Part shown: positions 15,479 through 23,813 of the stretch, piece by piece | Numbering within the stretch: position 1 is the first letter of the stretch | Layout of the letters: every line of letters begins with the position of its first letter | Assembly (NCBI GenBank): GCA_050015895.1 | Contig: JBEKAN010000001.1 | Span: 1-42,701 of the forward strand | Length of the DNA stretch: 42,701 bases | Direction of reading: 5' to 3' | Source: Verrucomicrobiota bacterium | GTDB taxonomy: Bacteria > Verrucomicrobiota > Verrucomicrobiia > Limisphaerales > Palsa-1400 | The notes under the pieces: model-generated | Told to the model about the DNA's origin: nothing | The model's input: the letters and a program-made list of their open reading frames with translations, nothing else | The model's database searches: none | Translations under genes and position numbers: made by a program

Positions 15479-15497
15479 CTGTACTGAAAATACAGTA
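15479..15497. promoter_or_regulatory. Candidate operator palindrome upstream of the GbsR-type regulator (CTGTACTG-aaaa-TACAGTA)
   Basis: Inverted repeats TACTG/CAGTA and CTGTA/TACAG read directly. They lie 20-38 nt upstream of the regulator's ATG, in an AT-rich stretch. Confidence 0.3.
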
Positions 15498-15578
15498 AGT
15501 ATTTCATCCTGTCAAGGGGCAATCTTCAGCGGGGGCATCGGCGCAGCCCGGACGGCCCGGCGACAGTCATTTGGTTTC

Positions 15579-15965
15579 TCAATCGAAGTCTGGTTCTTCG
15601 ATGTACGGTTTTGACACGCGAATGACTTTGTCCTCCTTCCCCGTGATGGCTCTGTTCTGATCCGCGGGATTCCTTTTGAAGTCGAACTCGACGTCCATCT
15701 TAAAATACGCGCATGTGGGATGGACGAATCGAACCGTGGAAACCCCTTGCCACCCTCCATCCTTCGCCAAGACGGCCTCAACTTCACTGCGCGTCATCCC
15801 CACCTTCACGCCCGCGAAATCATCCAAACACCTCCCAACCCACTCGACCCGCGTTGTCACGGACGCTGCCGGCTTTTCTGGTTTCAAGGCACTGTGGAAC
15901 AAACAACCGGCGATGAAAACCAAAACCGCGCCGCAAGCAGCACCGCATATCTGAGTTATTCTCAT
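15579..15965 (-). CDS. Small lipoprotein, function unknown
   Basis: ATG at 15965. The signal peptide has a lipobox-like VFIAGC. 128 aa. Confidence 0.6.
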   Translation of the reverse strand: MRITQICGAACGAVLVFIAGCLFHSALKPEKPAASVTTRVEWVGRCLDDFAGVKVGMTRSEVEAVLAKDGGWQGVSTVRFVHPTCAYFKMDVEFDFKRNPADQNRAITGKEDKVIRVSKPYIEEPDFD

Positions 15966-16007
15966 AAGGCGTCAGGGTTTGAAAATTTTGTTTCAGCAGC
16001 TCTCGAA

Positions 16008-17153
16008 TCAGGCCGCGCCGAGCAGGGCGTGAACCTTGGGCATCCAGTCGCTGACCGGGATTCTCTGGGGACAACGATCCTCGCATTCGTGGCAGGCCAG
16101 GCAGACGCCGGCGCGCGCGGGCTCCGGGATGAAAATCTGGTACTTGAAGCGCGCGCCCGGAACGTCCTCGTGCAGAAAGGCCTCGTTGTAGATTTCGAAA
16201 ACGGCCGGGATGTCCACTCCGTTTGGACAGGGCATGCAGTAGTTGCACTTGGTGCAGGGAATGGCGGCCCTTTCCTGGTATTTTTGCCGCAAGTCCGCGA
16301 TCAACTTCTGCTCCGCCGCCTGAAAGGAATGGCTGCGGGCGCGAGACGCGGATTCCAGGTTGGCCTCCACCTGCTCCATGTTGCTCATTCCGCTCAAGAC
16401 CACCGAAACTTCGGGCCGGTCCCAAAGCCATTGCAACGCCCAGTCCGCCGGGGCGCGCCTCACGCCGGCGTTTTCGATGACTTGGCGAATCGCAGACGGC
16501 GGATTGGCCAGCCTGCCGCCGAGCAGTGGTTCCATGATGACGACGGCCAGACCGTGGGCGGCGGCCAGCTCCAGTCCCTGAGTGCCGGCCTGGTTCTCGG
16601 TGTCCATGTAGTTGTACTGAATCTGGCAGAATTCCCAGTGGTCGAAACCGTTGAGGATCTCGGCGAAGCACTCGTAATTGTCGTGGAAGGAGAAACCGAG
16701 GTGGCGGACGCGGCCGTCGGCAATCGCGGCGGCGGACTTTTCCAGGAGTTTGAATTTGGGGACGGTTTCGCGCCAGCGTTTTTTGTCCAGGGCGTGGAGC
16801 AGATAGAAATCAATGTGGTCGGTCTGGAGCTTGCGCAGTTGCTCGTTCAAGATGCGGTCAAAATCGGATTCTATTTGGATGGCCCACACGGGGGACTTTG
16901 TGGCGATTTTCACCGAGTCGCGGGCGCCGCGAAGCGCCTTGCCCAGAACGGTTTCGCTGGCGCCATCGTGATAGACGTAGGCGGTGTCAAAATAGTTGAC
17001 GCCGCCGTCCAGGGCGCGGCGGATCATGCGGATGGCTTCCGGCTGGTTGATGTTTGGGCCGAGGGCATTTCCGTCCACGGTGGGAAGGCGCATGGCGCCA
17101 AAGCCCAGCACCGAGGCGTTCCAGTCCAGTTTGCCGAATTTGCGAAATTGCAT
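16008..17153 (-). CDS. Aldo/keto reductase with C-terminal 4Fe-4S ferredoxin-type Cys clusters
   Basis: ATG at 17153. The AKR N-terminus is LGFGAMRLP...GVNYFDTAYVYHDGASE. The C-terminus has CTKCNYCMPCP and CLACHECEDRCP. Confidence 0.9.
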   Translation of the reverse strand: MQFRKFGKLDWNASVLGFGAMRLPTVDGNALGPNINQPEAIRMIRRALDGGVNYFDTAYVYHDGASETVLGKALRGARDSVKIATKSPVWAIQIESDFDRILNEQLRKLQTDHIDFYLLHALDKKRWRETVPKFKLLEKSAAAIADGRVRHLGFSFHDNYECFAEILNGFDHWEFCQIQYNYMDTENQAGTQGLELAAAHGLAVVIMEPLLGGRLANPPSAIRQVIENAGVRRAPADWALQWLWDRPEVSVVLSGMSNMEQVEANLESASRARSHSFQAAEQKLIADLRQKYQERAAIPCTKCNYCMPCPNGVDIPAVFEIYNEAFLHEDVPGARFKYQIFIPEPARAGVCLACHECEDRCPQRIPVSDWMPKVHALLGAA

Positions 17154-17187
17154 GGCGGGTTTTCGGTTCGGGAGCGGGGTTGAGGTT

Positions 17188-17799
17188 TTATTCGCGCACC
17201 GGGGCGGAGGGGCGGCTGGCGGCGTGTTGATGGATCGCCTCGCCCAGCCAGGCGATGGTCTGGCCCAGGTCCCTCATGTTGCGCGAGGCTTCGTTGTCCA
17301 TCGCCACATCGCCCTTGTCAAGACCAAATCCGAGATTCCAATAGGTGGACCCCGGCACGATGGCGCCGGACATGAGGAACATGTGGTTCATGGTGTCGAA
17401 GGCGTGGGTGCCGCCGCCGCGCCGGACCGCGACCACTGCGGCGGCGATTTTGCCGCGGAACAAACCGCCGTTGGCCAGCGCCACCAGGCCCGCGCGATCC
17501 AGGAGCGCCTTCATTTCCGCGCTGACGTCGGTGAAGTAGGTGGGGGAGCCAAGGAGGATGGCGTCGGCGGCGGCCATTTTCTCGAAGCACTCGTTGAAAA
17601 CGTCGTCCTTCTGGCTGCATTGGGAGTCCTTCTTTTTGAAACAGGTGTAACAGGCCTGGCAGCCGCGGATGGGTTTGCCGCCCAGTTGGACGAACTCGGT
17701 TTCCCAGCCGGCCTCGGCCAGCGGATCCAGGACCTTTTTCAAGAGGATTTCCGTGTTCCCGCCCTTGCGGGGGCTTCCATTTATGGCAATGGCTTTCAT
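17188..17799 (-). CDS. Flavodoxin-like NADPH-dependent FMN reductase / iron-sulfur flavoprotein family
   Basis: ATG at 17799. MKAIAINGSPRKGGNT is the FMN-reductase N-terminal motif. A Cys-rich insert is present (CQACYTC...C). GSPTYF is also present. Confidence 0.85.
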   Translation of the reverse strand: MKAIAINGSPRKGGNTEILLKKVLDPLAEAGWETEFVQLGGKPIRGCQACYTCFKKKDSQCSQKDDVFNECFEKMAAADAILLGSPTYFTDVSAEMKALLDRAGLVALANGGLFRGKIAAAVVAVRRGGGTHAFDTMNHMFLMSGAIVPGSTYWNLGFGLDKGDVAMDNEASRNMRDLGQTIAWLGEAIHQHAASRPSAPVRE

Positions 17800-17978
17800 A
17801 ATGCTAATTTTTGATGAGCTGCGAATCAGATTTTCCGCTGAAAACGGGCTGTGTCAATGACGAACCAAAAGTCGCCAAGCTCCGCGGAAGAAAACTTTTT
17901 TATCCGCGAATTGCGCGAATTACGCGAAGAAGAGACTTGTTTCGTGGCGAAAATGGGAAGTCGGAATGTCATAAAATC

Positions 17979-19412
17979 CTATCGTTCGACCGAGAATGTG
18001 ATGTCGTAATGGTCCGAGTCCGTCTCGTAACCCGTCAGGTCGCCCTCCTTTTCCTTGCCGCCGTCGTCGGTGAAGTCAGCGCCGATGCTGTAAAGTAGAA
18101 AACCGCGGGCGAGTTTTTTGTAGCGCAAGGGGTTGTTGTCGAACGGGTCCAGGGGAATGGAGGGCGCGAACTCCGGGACCAAGTCGGCGAGGGAATCCGG
18201 CGCGCGCCCGCCGTGGGCCAGGCGCCAGCGCTCAATCTCGAGCGCCGCGCGGGTGACCTGCAATTTGGCGAGGGTCTCGGCGTCCGAACGAAGGTGCCTG
18301 GACCAATCCCGCGCGGCGCCAAAAAACTGCGAGGCGTAAGTGGGGGAGCCTTCGCTGGCCACTTGTTTTTTCAACCGGGCAAATTCGTCGAAGCGTTCTT
18401 TGAGAGGCAACTTGAGGGCGGCGATCTGCGCGGCTCGCACATCCAGCATCTCAATAAAGTCGTTATCCGAGTACAGCCTGCCGGACAGCCGCATGTAGGT
18501 GCCAAAAAGCTGCGCATCGGCGGCCACCTTCAGGCTGCTTTCGTTGAAATTGCTGATGCCCCATGCGCTGTTTGGCATGGATGGGATCATGATCATGCTG
18601 AAGATACTCCGGCACCGCTCCATCACAAAAGCTTCGCGAAAGCCCTCCGGGGGGTCATCCGACAACTGGCGCTCCAACGCGGCAAGCTCCTCGGCGGGAA
18701 TCTCCACCCGGTTCATAAGGCGTTCGAGAATCTCACAGCCCATTTCCTCCCTGGATTGGCGGAGGAAGTGATTCCGCATCGTGTCGCTGCGGAAGATGTG
18801 AGCCAGCGTCAGCGCGCGCCGCAAGCTCTCACCCGCCTTGGTTCCGTTGCCGGACTCGCCTTCGAGTATCGGTTCAAGTAAGAGCATTTTCGACAGCCCA
18901 TTCAGCAGACGCTGCATACTTACTGAAAGACCATCCTGCTCAAAACCAAGCGCGAAACTGGATCCGACCCAGGCGTTGGTCAGCTTGTCCCACGGTATGG
19001 CGTTCAAGGCCGCCTCATTATCGTCAAGGACCGACTGGATGTTTGTCCGCATTTGGTCAATCAAGGCCTGGGTTCCGGACGGCAATTCCACATTATTAAA
19101 GAATGGCAATTCCATTGAGGAATCCGGCAGCCGAAGCGCGGCGAGGGCGGGGGCGAGCAGGAGGGCGGCGTCCCGATCCGGCGGGGGATCGGGGTAGAGT
19201 TTTGCGAGGTCTTCCGCCGTGACTGGCTCGCCGGAGGCGCGGATGGCGTCCAGACGCTTTTGAATCTCCGCCCAGGCGCGGCGTTTCTCGACGCGGGAAT
19301 GCCAGACGACGACGACGACGCACAGAGCCAGGGCGACCGAACCAAAGAGGGCGAATTTTCCGATCTTTCGGAGTCTCGCGAATCTGGGCTTGGTTGTATG
19401 TATGTCACGCAT
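17979..19412 (-). CDS. Membrane-anchored hypothetical protein with a GspG-like C-terminal motif
   Basis: ATG at 19412. One N-terminal TM helix (FALFGSVALALCVVVVVW). The C-terminal DPFDNNPLRYKK...LLYSIGADFTDDGG resembles the conserved tail of type II secretion pseudopilins. 477 aa. Confidence 0.7.
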   Translation of the reverse strand: MRDIHTTKPRFARLRKIGKFALFGSVALALCVVVVVWHSRVEKRRAWAEIQKRLDAIRASGEPVTAEDLAKLYPDPPPDRDAALLLAPALAALRLPDSSMELPFFNNVELPSGTQALIDQMRTNIQSVLDDNEAALNAIPWDKLTNAWVGSSFALGFEQDGLSVSMQRLLNGLSKMLLLEPILEGESGNGTKAGESLRRALTLAHIFRSDTMRNHFLRQSREEMGCEILERLMNRVEIPAEELAALERQLSDDPPEGFREAFVMERCRSIFSMIMIPSMPNSAWGISNFNESSLKVAADAQLFGTYMRLSGRLYSDNDFIEMLDVRAAQIAALKLPLKERFDEFARLKKQVASEGSPTYASQFFGAARDWSRHLRSDAETLAKLQVTRAALEIERWRLAHGGRAPDSLADLVPEFAPSIPLDPFDNNPLRYKKLARGFLLYSIGADFTDDGGKEKEGDLTGYETDSDHYDITFSVER

Positions 19413-19509
19413 TGGTCGGAGCCAAAGCAGCCGTTGTTTTCACGCAAAGGCGCGAAGAGTGTCTATGTCGCTCATGGATCCCAAGGGAGGCAAGCGCTTG
19501 TTATAGTGG

Positions 19510-19539
19510 TTGACAGTGGATTGTCCATGAGATTAGTAT
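19510..19539 (+). promoter_or_regulatory. Sigma70-like promoter candidate (TTGACA-N18-TAGTAT) pointing into the repeat-rich region
   Basis: -35 at 19510-19515 and -10 at 19534-19539, read directly. No convincing downstream CDS. Confidence 0.3.
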
Positions 19540-19658
19540 GCTTGCGCGTGTATGCATTCATCGCATTTGATATTGATGGGTGGAAAAGGAATATGAAATG
19601 ATCTGCCATTTTGGGTCATGGGGGAAGTTTTTTGGTGGATCAGGGGAAAGCGCATTTT

Positions 19659-19686
19659 GGTTTGACCAGGTTTGACTGGGTTTGAC
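19659..19686. repeat. Three GGTTTGAC motifs at exact 10-bp phasing (iteron/operator-like)
   Basis: Copies at 19659-19666, 19669-19676 and 19679-19686, read directly. Confidence 0.6.
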
Positions 19687-19790
19687 GATGAGGGAGCTTT
19701 AACGATAAAGATTGGAATTCTCGATGTCTCACTTTGCGCGGCCGAAATGGCTCCTCCGCATTCGCAGTGGCTACGGCGGATGGGGAAGCT

Positions 19791-19908
19791 ATGGTGGACG
19801 TGGTGGACGTGGTGGACGTGGTGGACGTGGTGGACGTGATGGACGCGGTGGACGGGATGGACGCGGTGGACGGGATGGACGCGGTGGACGGGATGGACGT
19901 AGTGGACA
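19791..19908. repeat. Minisatellite: GTGGTGGAC x5 (9 bp), then about 3 copies of an 18-bp derivative (GTGATGGACGCGGTGGAC-like)
   Basis: Read directly. The repeat length is a multiple of 3, so it is open in several frames on both strands. It is flanked by similar 21-mers: gctacggcggatggggaagct (19771-19791) and gccacggcggacgggaaagcg (about 19924-19944). Confidence 0.9.
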
Positions 19909-20353
19909 ACATCAACTTCGGTCCCGCCACGGCGGACGGGAAAGCGACGGAGGACGGGGACGCTCCGGCGGGACAGCACGGCGGGACAAGACGGTGCGAC
20001 AAGTCCGTCTTTCCAATTGACCGGCCCCATTCCTTTCATGCGAAACACAGTATCACAATTGCTAAGGATCGTCAATTGGATAATGTAAATATTTCAGCAA
20101 CTCCGGCGGGATGGGGTGTCCTTCATGGCGGAACCCCTGGTCCACTCGCGGCCGCGAGAGGGAGGCTGTCGGCGGAGGGAGAGCAGCGCAAGCTGAGACT
20201 TGGAGATCAGCCATCGAACCAGAGTTACGCAAAATAGAACCAGAAACAGGCAGGCAAGAAGGAGCACATAATACACGGTGCGCATAGACAATGGCACTCT
20301 AGGCCGTCGGCCAAGGCTGCGCTATGGGGTGTTCTCCCCATAAGCGGCACCCT

Positions 20354-20740
20354 CTATTGGAAGGCATTTGGGACGCGGACTTGCAGAACTTCCAGAAGCG
20401 AGTCGTCCGCTGGAACTGGCGCAGGCGCGGAGTGGACTTTTTCGGGCGCAGGCTGGGCTTTGACAGGCTCAGGGTGAATTCTGCTCGTCTTCCATCTGGC
20501 GCTGGCGGCGGCTTTTGCAATTTCCTTGCGCCGGGCTGGAGAGAGGGTGGCGGCCCTGGCTTTTCCGCCTTTGCTGGCGCCAAGCCTGCCTAATGCGACG
20601 GCGGCCGGGTTTTTCTCCCTGGTTGGCGGGGGCTGGGGCTTCGGGGGTTCGTGGGTGGTAATTTGGGTGGAAATTTGGGGTGCTGGTGAGGTTGAGATTT
20701 CGGATTCGACCAAATTTTTATTGCTTGCGCGTGTAGGCAT
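20354..20740 (-). CDS. Hypothetical Pro-rich protein with a central basic motif (ALGRLGASKGGKARAATLSPARRKEIAKAAASARW)
   Basis: ATG at 20740, 128 aa. The central motif resembles a short module seen in many small phage- or island-borne proteins. The flanks are low complexity and there is no obvious RBS. Confidence 0.4.
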   Translation of the reverse strand: MPTRASNKNLVESEISTSPAPQISTQITTHEPPKPQPPPTREKNPAAVALGRLGASKGGKARAATLSPARRKEIAKAAASARWKTSRIHPEPVKAQPAPEKVHSAPAPVPADDSLLEVLQVRVPNAFQ

Positions 20741-21018
20741 GGGAAAATTTTGACCCTTCTGGAGAAAAAATCAAGAGAAATTCTGAGGGCTTGGTTTTAC
20801 AGAGCGCATCCGACCTTTTGAGATTGGTCTGAGTTTGTTCCGGGTGGCCTGGAAGGGTGACCCAACAGGTCGAGCAATCACCCGCCCCTACAGGGCTTGC
20901 CGAAGAAATGCATCCATCCCAGGGCGGCGCTCGCAGACTCGCTCTGCCCTGGGCTGTTATGTTCCGCCCCTTTGGGGCTGCCAAGAAGCAAGAGGAGCGC
21001 GTTTTGGGTGTGGGCTTT

Positions 21019-21627
21019 TCAGCGTTTGGTCAACGCGTAGTAGTGCTGGGCTGTGGCGCGAGGGATGCCATTTTGGACGAGGAGTTCGATCTGTTGGCTG
21101 GAGAACCCGTCCCAATTCTTTTTCTTCACGATCTGCATGGAGCCATCAAGCATGCTGACCTCGCGAACTAAGGGCCCCCAGGGGCGGCGAAAATGGTCGC
21201 CACCATGGCTTGAATACCGGTCAAACAGAACAGCGATGTTGAAGTCGTTCATTTGCCCCAACCCCTGAACATACACGCGGCTGCACTTTTCTTCCGGGAC
21301 ATGCCCGCCTGACGCCAGCGCGGCCTTAAAGAGACTGCCATCGTCGCCGACGCCAGTCACGAAACGCCACCCATTTTGAACATCGCCCAGGTACCCGCCC
21401 TTGACCAGCAACATCAAGGCATCGCCGAATCCGTTGGTGTCGAAAGGAAGCCTTCCCTGATGATCTTCCTCGTAAGCTCGAAAAGCGAATCCTGTCTGTA
21501 CGATACAGTGCTGATGCACATAGAAGCGCTGAAAATAAGCAAACCAACCTATGAACGCCGCAAGCACCGCCGCAACAGCCCAACAGGCCCTTTTTATCCA
21601 GCGTCTGACAGTTGGAGGAGAATTCAC
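21019..21627 (-). CDS. Membrane-anchored hypothetical protein, last gene of the MoxR/VWA operon
   Basis: GTG start at 21627, 3 nt after the thioredoxin-like stop. One N-terminal TM helix (ACWAVAAVLAAFIGWFAYF). 202 aa with protein-like composition. Confidence 0.6.
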   Translation of the reverse strand: MNSPPTVRRWIKRACWAVAAVLAAFIGWFAYFQRFYVHQHCIVQTGFAFRAYEEDHQGRLPFDTNGFGDALMLLVKGGYLGDVQNGWRFVTGVGDDGSLFKAALASGGHVPEEKCSRVYVQGLGQMNDFNIAVLFDRYSSHGGDHFRRPWGPLVREVSMLDGSMQIVKKKNWDGFSSQQIELLVQNGIPRATAQHYYALTKR

Positions 21628-21630
21628 ACG

Positions 21631-22440
21631 CTATTTCGGCGGTGCAACGTTGGTCGGATTCGCGGGCGCGCCAGGGTTTGGAATCTCGGCGGGCAGTTTG
21701 AGGCGCCATTTTTCGAGGGCGGCGGCGCGGGTGGCGGGAGCGGCCCAGGGGTCCACGTCGAAGGCGTCGCCGAGATGGTCGCGCAGGGCGTTGGCGACTT
21801 GGATGCGCGCGGCCAGGCGCGGATCGTTCAGGCCGTCCAGCAACGCCGCCGGCTGACGCGAGGCCAGCAGCTTGAGGCGTTCGGCGGCGGCGCGCGCGAT
21901 AGGCTCGTCGCGCCCGGCGCAAAGGTCGAAAAGTTTCGTGGCGCACTGGGCCGCGTCGGCGGCGTTGGTGGAGGCCAGAAGACGATCAACGTTCGTCAGC
22001 TCCTCCCGCGCGACGGCCTGGCGGATGAGGGCCTCCTTTGCATCGGAGACGCCGTTGGTGAGCCATTGCAGGAAATCGGCCGCCGGCTGGAACCCGGTGG
22101 TGCGCCGCACCTCCTCTCCAGCGGCAGAGAGCAGGACGAAGGTGGGCACGGCTTCCGCGTCGTACTTGGCGGCCAGGTCGCGGTGCTCGTCAATGTCCAC
22201 GACGACCGGCTGGACCGCCGAAAGCGCCAGCCAGACGGCCGGATCGGAGAGTGTGACGGCGGACATCATTTTGCACGGGCCGCACCAGCTTGCGGTGAGG
22301 AAAATCAGGGCCGGTTTTTGCGCGCGCGCGGCCTCGGCCAGGGCCGCGGAATAATTGGTGTCCCAGTTGGCGGGGGCGTCGGCGCGGGCGGAAAGGCCGA
22401 CGCCGAAGACCAACAAGAGGATGGCGGCTGGTTTTTTCAT
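21631..22440 (-). CDS. Secreted thioredoxin-fold protein with a C-terminal helical extension
   Basis: The internal ATG at 22440 gives the signal peptide MKKPAAILLLVFGVGLSARA. WCGPC active site is present. The start overlaps the upstream stop by 4 nt. The track's longer N-terminus is Arg/Pro-rich shadow sequence. Confidence 0.8.
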   Translation of the reverse strand: MKKPAAILLLVFGVGLSARADAPANWDTNYSAALAEAARAQKPALIFLTASWCGPCKMMSAVTLSDPAVWLALSAVQPVVVDIDEHRDLAAKYDAEAVPTFVLLSAAGEEVRRTTGFQPAADFLQWLTNGVSDAKEALIRQAVAREELTNVDRLLASTNAADAAQCATKLFDLCAGRDEPIARAAAERLKLLASRQPAALLDGLNDPRLAARIQVANALRDHLGDAFDVDPWAAPATRAAALEKWRLKLPAEIPNPGAPANPTNVAPPK

Positions 22441-23813
22441 AACGGTCGGGCGGCGGGCGGCGCCGGCTCCTTTCCATGTTTGATCAAGGGCCAGAATTGA
22501 CTCCAATCGAAGGGGCGGCTGAACTCGCCGTAATGACACCGGACGCAATCCCCCGCGCCCAGCGGGCGGAAGGTGAAATTGACGGCGGCGTCGCCCTCGC
22601 GCTGGCGCACGTGAAGGCTGCCGGGGCCGTGGCAGTCTTCGCAGCCCACGTCCACGAGTTTGGCCGCGCCAAATTCGCGGCGAAAGCCCGAAGCGGCGCC
22701 GAAGCCGACGGTGTGGCAACCGACGCATTTGGGATCGGCGTCGGCCTGGCGGGCGCGCAGGGTGGCAAAGGCGTGGGCATGGGCGGAACGACGCCAGACG
22801 GACGCCGCGCCGGGGTGGCAGGCCAGACATTGGTCCGTGCCGACATAGCTGGCGGCGGTCCGCACGCCGGGGACGGCGTCCGCGGCCAGGTTATTGGGAT
22901 CGTCCACGGCCAGGCGGGTGTGGCGGATTTCCTGGCGATAACTTTGCATCAGTTGCAGGAAGGAGGGGTCCTGCGGGATGGTGTCGCGGAGGAGGCGGAT
23001 TTCATTGGCCAGCACGGCGGGCGCGCCGCCCCGCAAGAGGCGCAAACGCAGAATTCCCAGGGCGCGCGACTCGTTGGTGACGAAATAAACCAGGCTGCGG
23101 TTTTGCCTTAGCAGTTGCTGGGCGGGCTGGCTGACTTTGCCGCCGAGAATGACCTGGCACTCGTAGAACTCGTCGGCCAGCCGCGCCAGCGCCGCCTCGT
23201 CGGCGAAGGCGAGCAGGACGATCAGATCGGCCTTGCCGCGCAGCTCCCCCAGGCAGCGGCTGATGGCGGATTCCATGTCGCCGACCGCCAGGCCGTCGCC
23301 CGGGTTTTCCACGGCGCGGGGATCCAGCACGCCAATGAGGGCGACGCGGAAAGCGCCGCGGCGCACGACACGATAGGAGTCAAAGAGCGGCTGGCGGCTG
23401 GTTTTGTCCAGCAGGTTGGCGCTGAGGATGGGGGCGGGGGAGTTTTTCTTGAGCTGACGAAGCTGCGCGGCGGAGAACCGGGCCTCGCGCGCGCCGAGGT
23501 TCAGGGCGTCGTAGCGCATCGCCGCGAAGGCGCGCAGGACATAGGCGTATTCCACCAGGTCGTAATCCTCCTTGCCGCCGACGGCGTCGCCGACATCCAC
23601 GCGCAAGGAGTCCGAGGGAGGCTCGGAGTCCAGTTCGGTTTTCAGGCGGGTCAAACCGCCGTATTGGCCGGAGAAGCAGCCGCACGGCTCCAAGCGGCCC
23701 TCAGTGTCGCAGGTGAAGTAGAGGGGCAGGTCCAGGGCCTTGGGCGGCCCCTGGCCGCAGCCGGCGACCAGCAGGAGCAGGCCCAGAACGGCCCTGTCAA
23801 TACAACACCGCAT
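22437..23813 (-). CDS. Lipoprotein with an N-terminal metallophosphoesterase/5'-nucleotidase-like domain (EPCGC motif) fused to a C-terminal tetraheme cytochrome c domain
   Basis: The internal ATG at 23813 gives MRCCIDRAVLGLLLLVAGCG, a lipobox. There are four CXXCH motifs (CLACH, CVGCH, CEDCH, CVRCH). The N-terminal domain has TCDTEGRLEPCGC and YDALNLGAREA. Confidence 0.8.
   Translation of the reverse strand: MRCCIDRAVLGLLLLVAGCGQGPPKALDLPLYFTCDTEGRLEPCGCFSGQYGGLTRLKTELDSEPPSDSLRVDVGDAVGGKEDYDLVEYAYVLRAFAAMRYDALNLGAREARFSAAQLRQLKKNSPAPILSANLLDKTSRQPLFDSYRVVRRGAFRVALIGVLDPRAVENPGDGLAVGDMESAISRCLGELRGKADLIVLLAFADEAALARLADEFYECQVILGGKVSQPAQQLLRQNRSLVYFVTNESRALGILRLRLLRGGAPAVLANEIRLLRDTIPQDPSFLQLMQSYRQEIRHTRLAVDDPNNLAADAVPGVRTAASYVGTDQCLACHPGAASVWRRSAHAHAFATLRARQADADPKCVGCHTVGFGAASGFRREFGAAKLVDVGCEDCHGPGSLHVRQREGDAAVNFTFRPLGAGDCVRCHYGEFSRPFDWSQFWPLIKHGKEPAPPAARPL

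Noticed and set aside
14500-17183. + strand ORFs 14500-15498 (332 aa) and 15720-17183 (487 aa). The same applies to 33965-35467 (500 aa), opposite the GH105-like gene
   Set aside because: They are antisense shadows of well-supported minus-strand genes (SDR, GbsR regulator, AKR, GH105).
17800-17978. Intergenic ccgcgaattgcgcgaattacgcgaag quasi-palindrome
   Set aside because: It is not a true palindrome when checked base by base. It is probably another member of the short AATTCGCG-type repeat family, and is mentioned under the repeat finding rather than as a regulatory site.
19791-19908. Possible CRISPR array
   Set aside because: The units are 9-18 bp, directly abutting, with no spacers. There are no cas genes in the window.
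19533-20237. ORFs across the minisatellite: His/Val-rich (minus, 180 aa), RGG-like (19712-20020) and Val/Asp-rich (19734-20237)
   Set aside because: The openness of several frames follows automatically from a repeat unit that is a multiple of 3. None of the ORFs has a convincing start, RBS or non-repeat body. I report the repeat but call no CDS.
20094-20297. 67-aa minus-strand ORF with a hydrophobic N-terminus, downstream of the 128-aa ORF
   Set aside because: It is short. The basic C-terminal half looks like random translation. There is no RBS or recognisable family, so support is insufficient.
19537-20740. 18 of 19-nt match between 19537-19557 (t.tgcttgcgcgtgtatgcat) and 20721-20740 (ttgcttgcgcgtgtaggcat)
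   Set aside because: The match is real, but it is short and the flanks show no further similarity. I cannot tell a shared regulatory box from a coincidence of local duplication. It is noted only.
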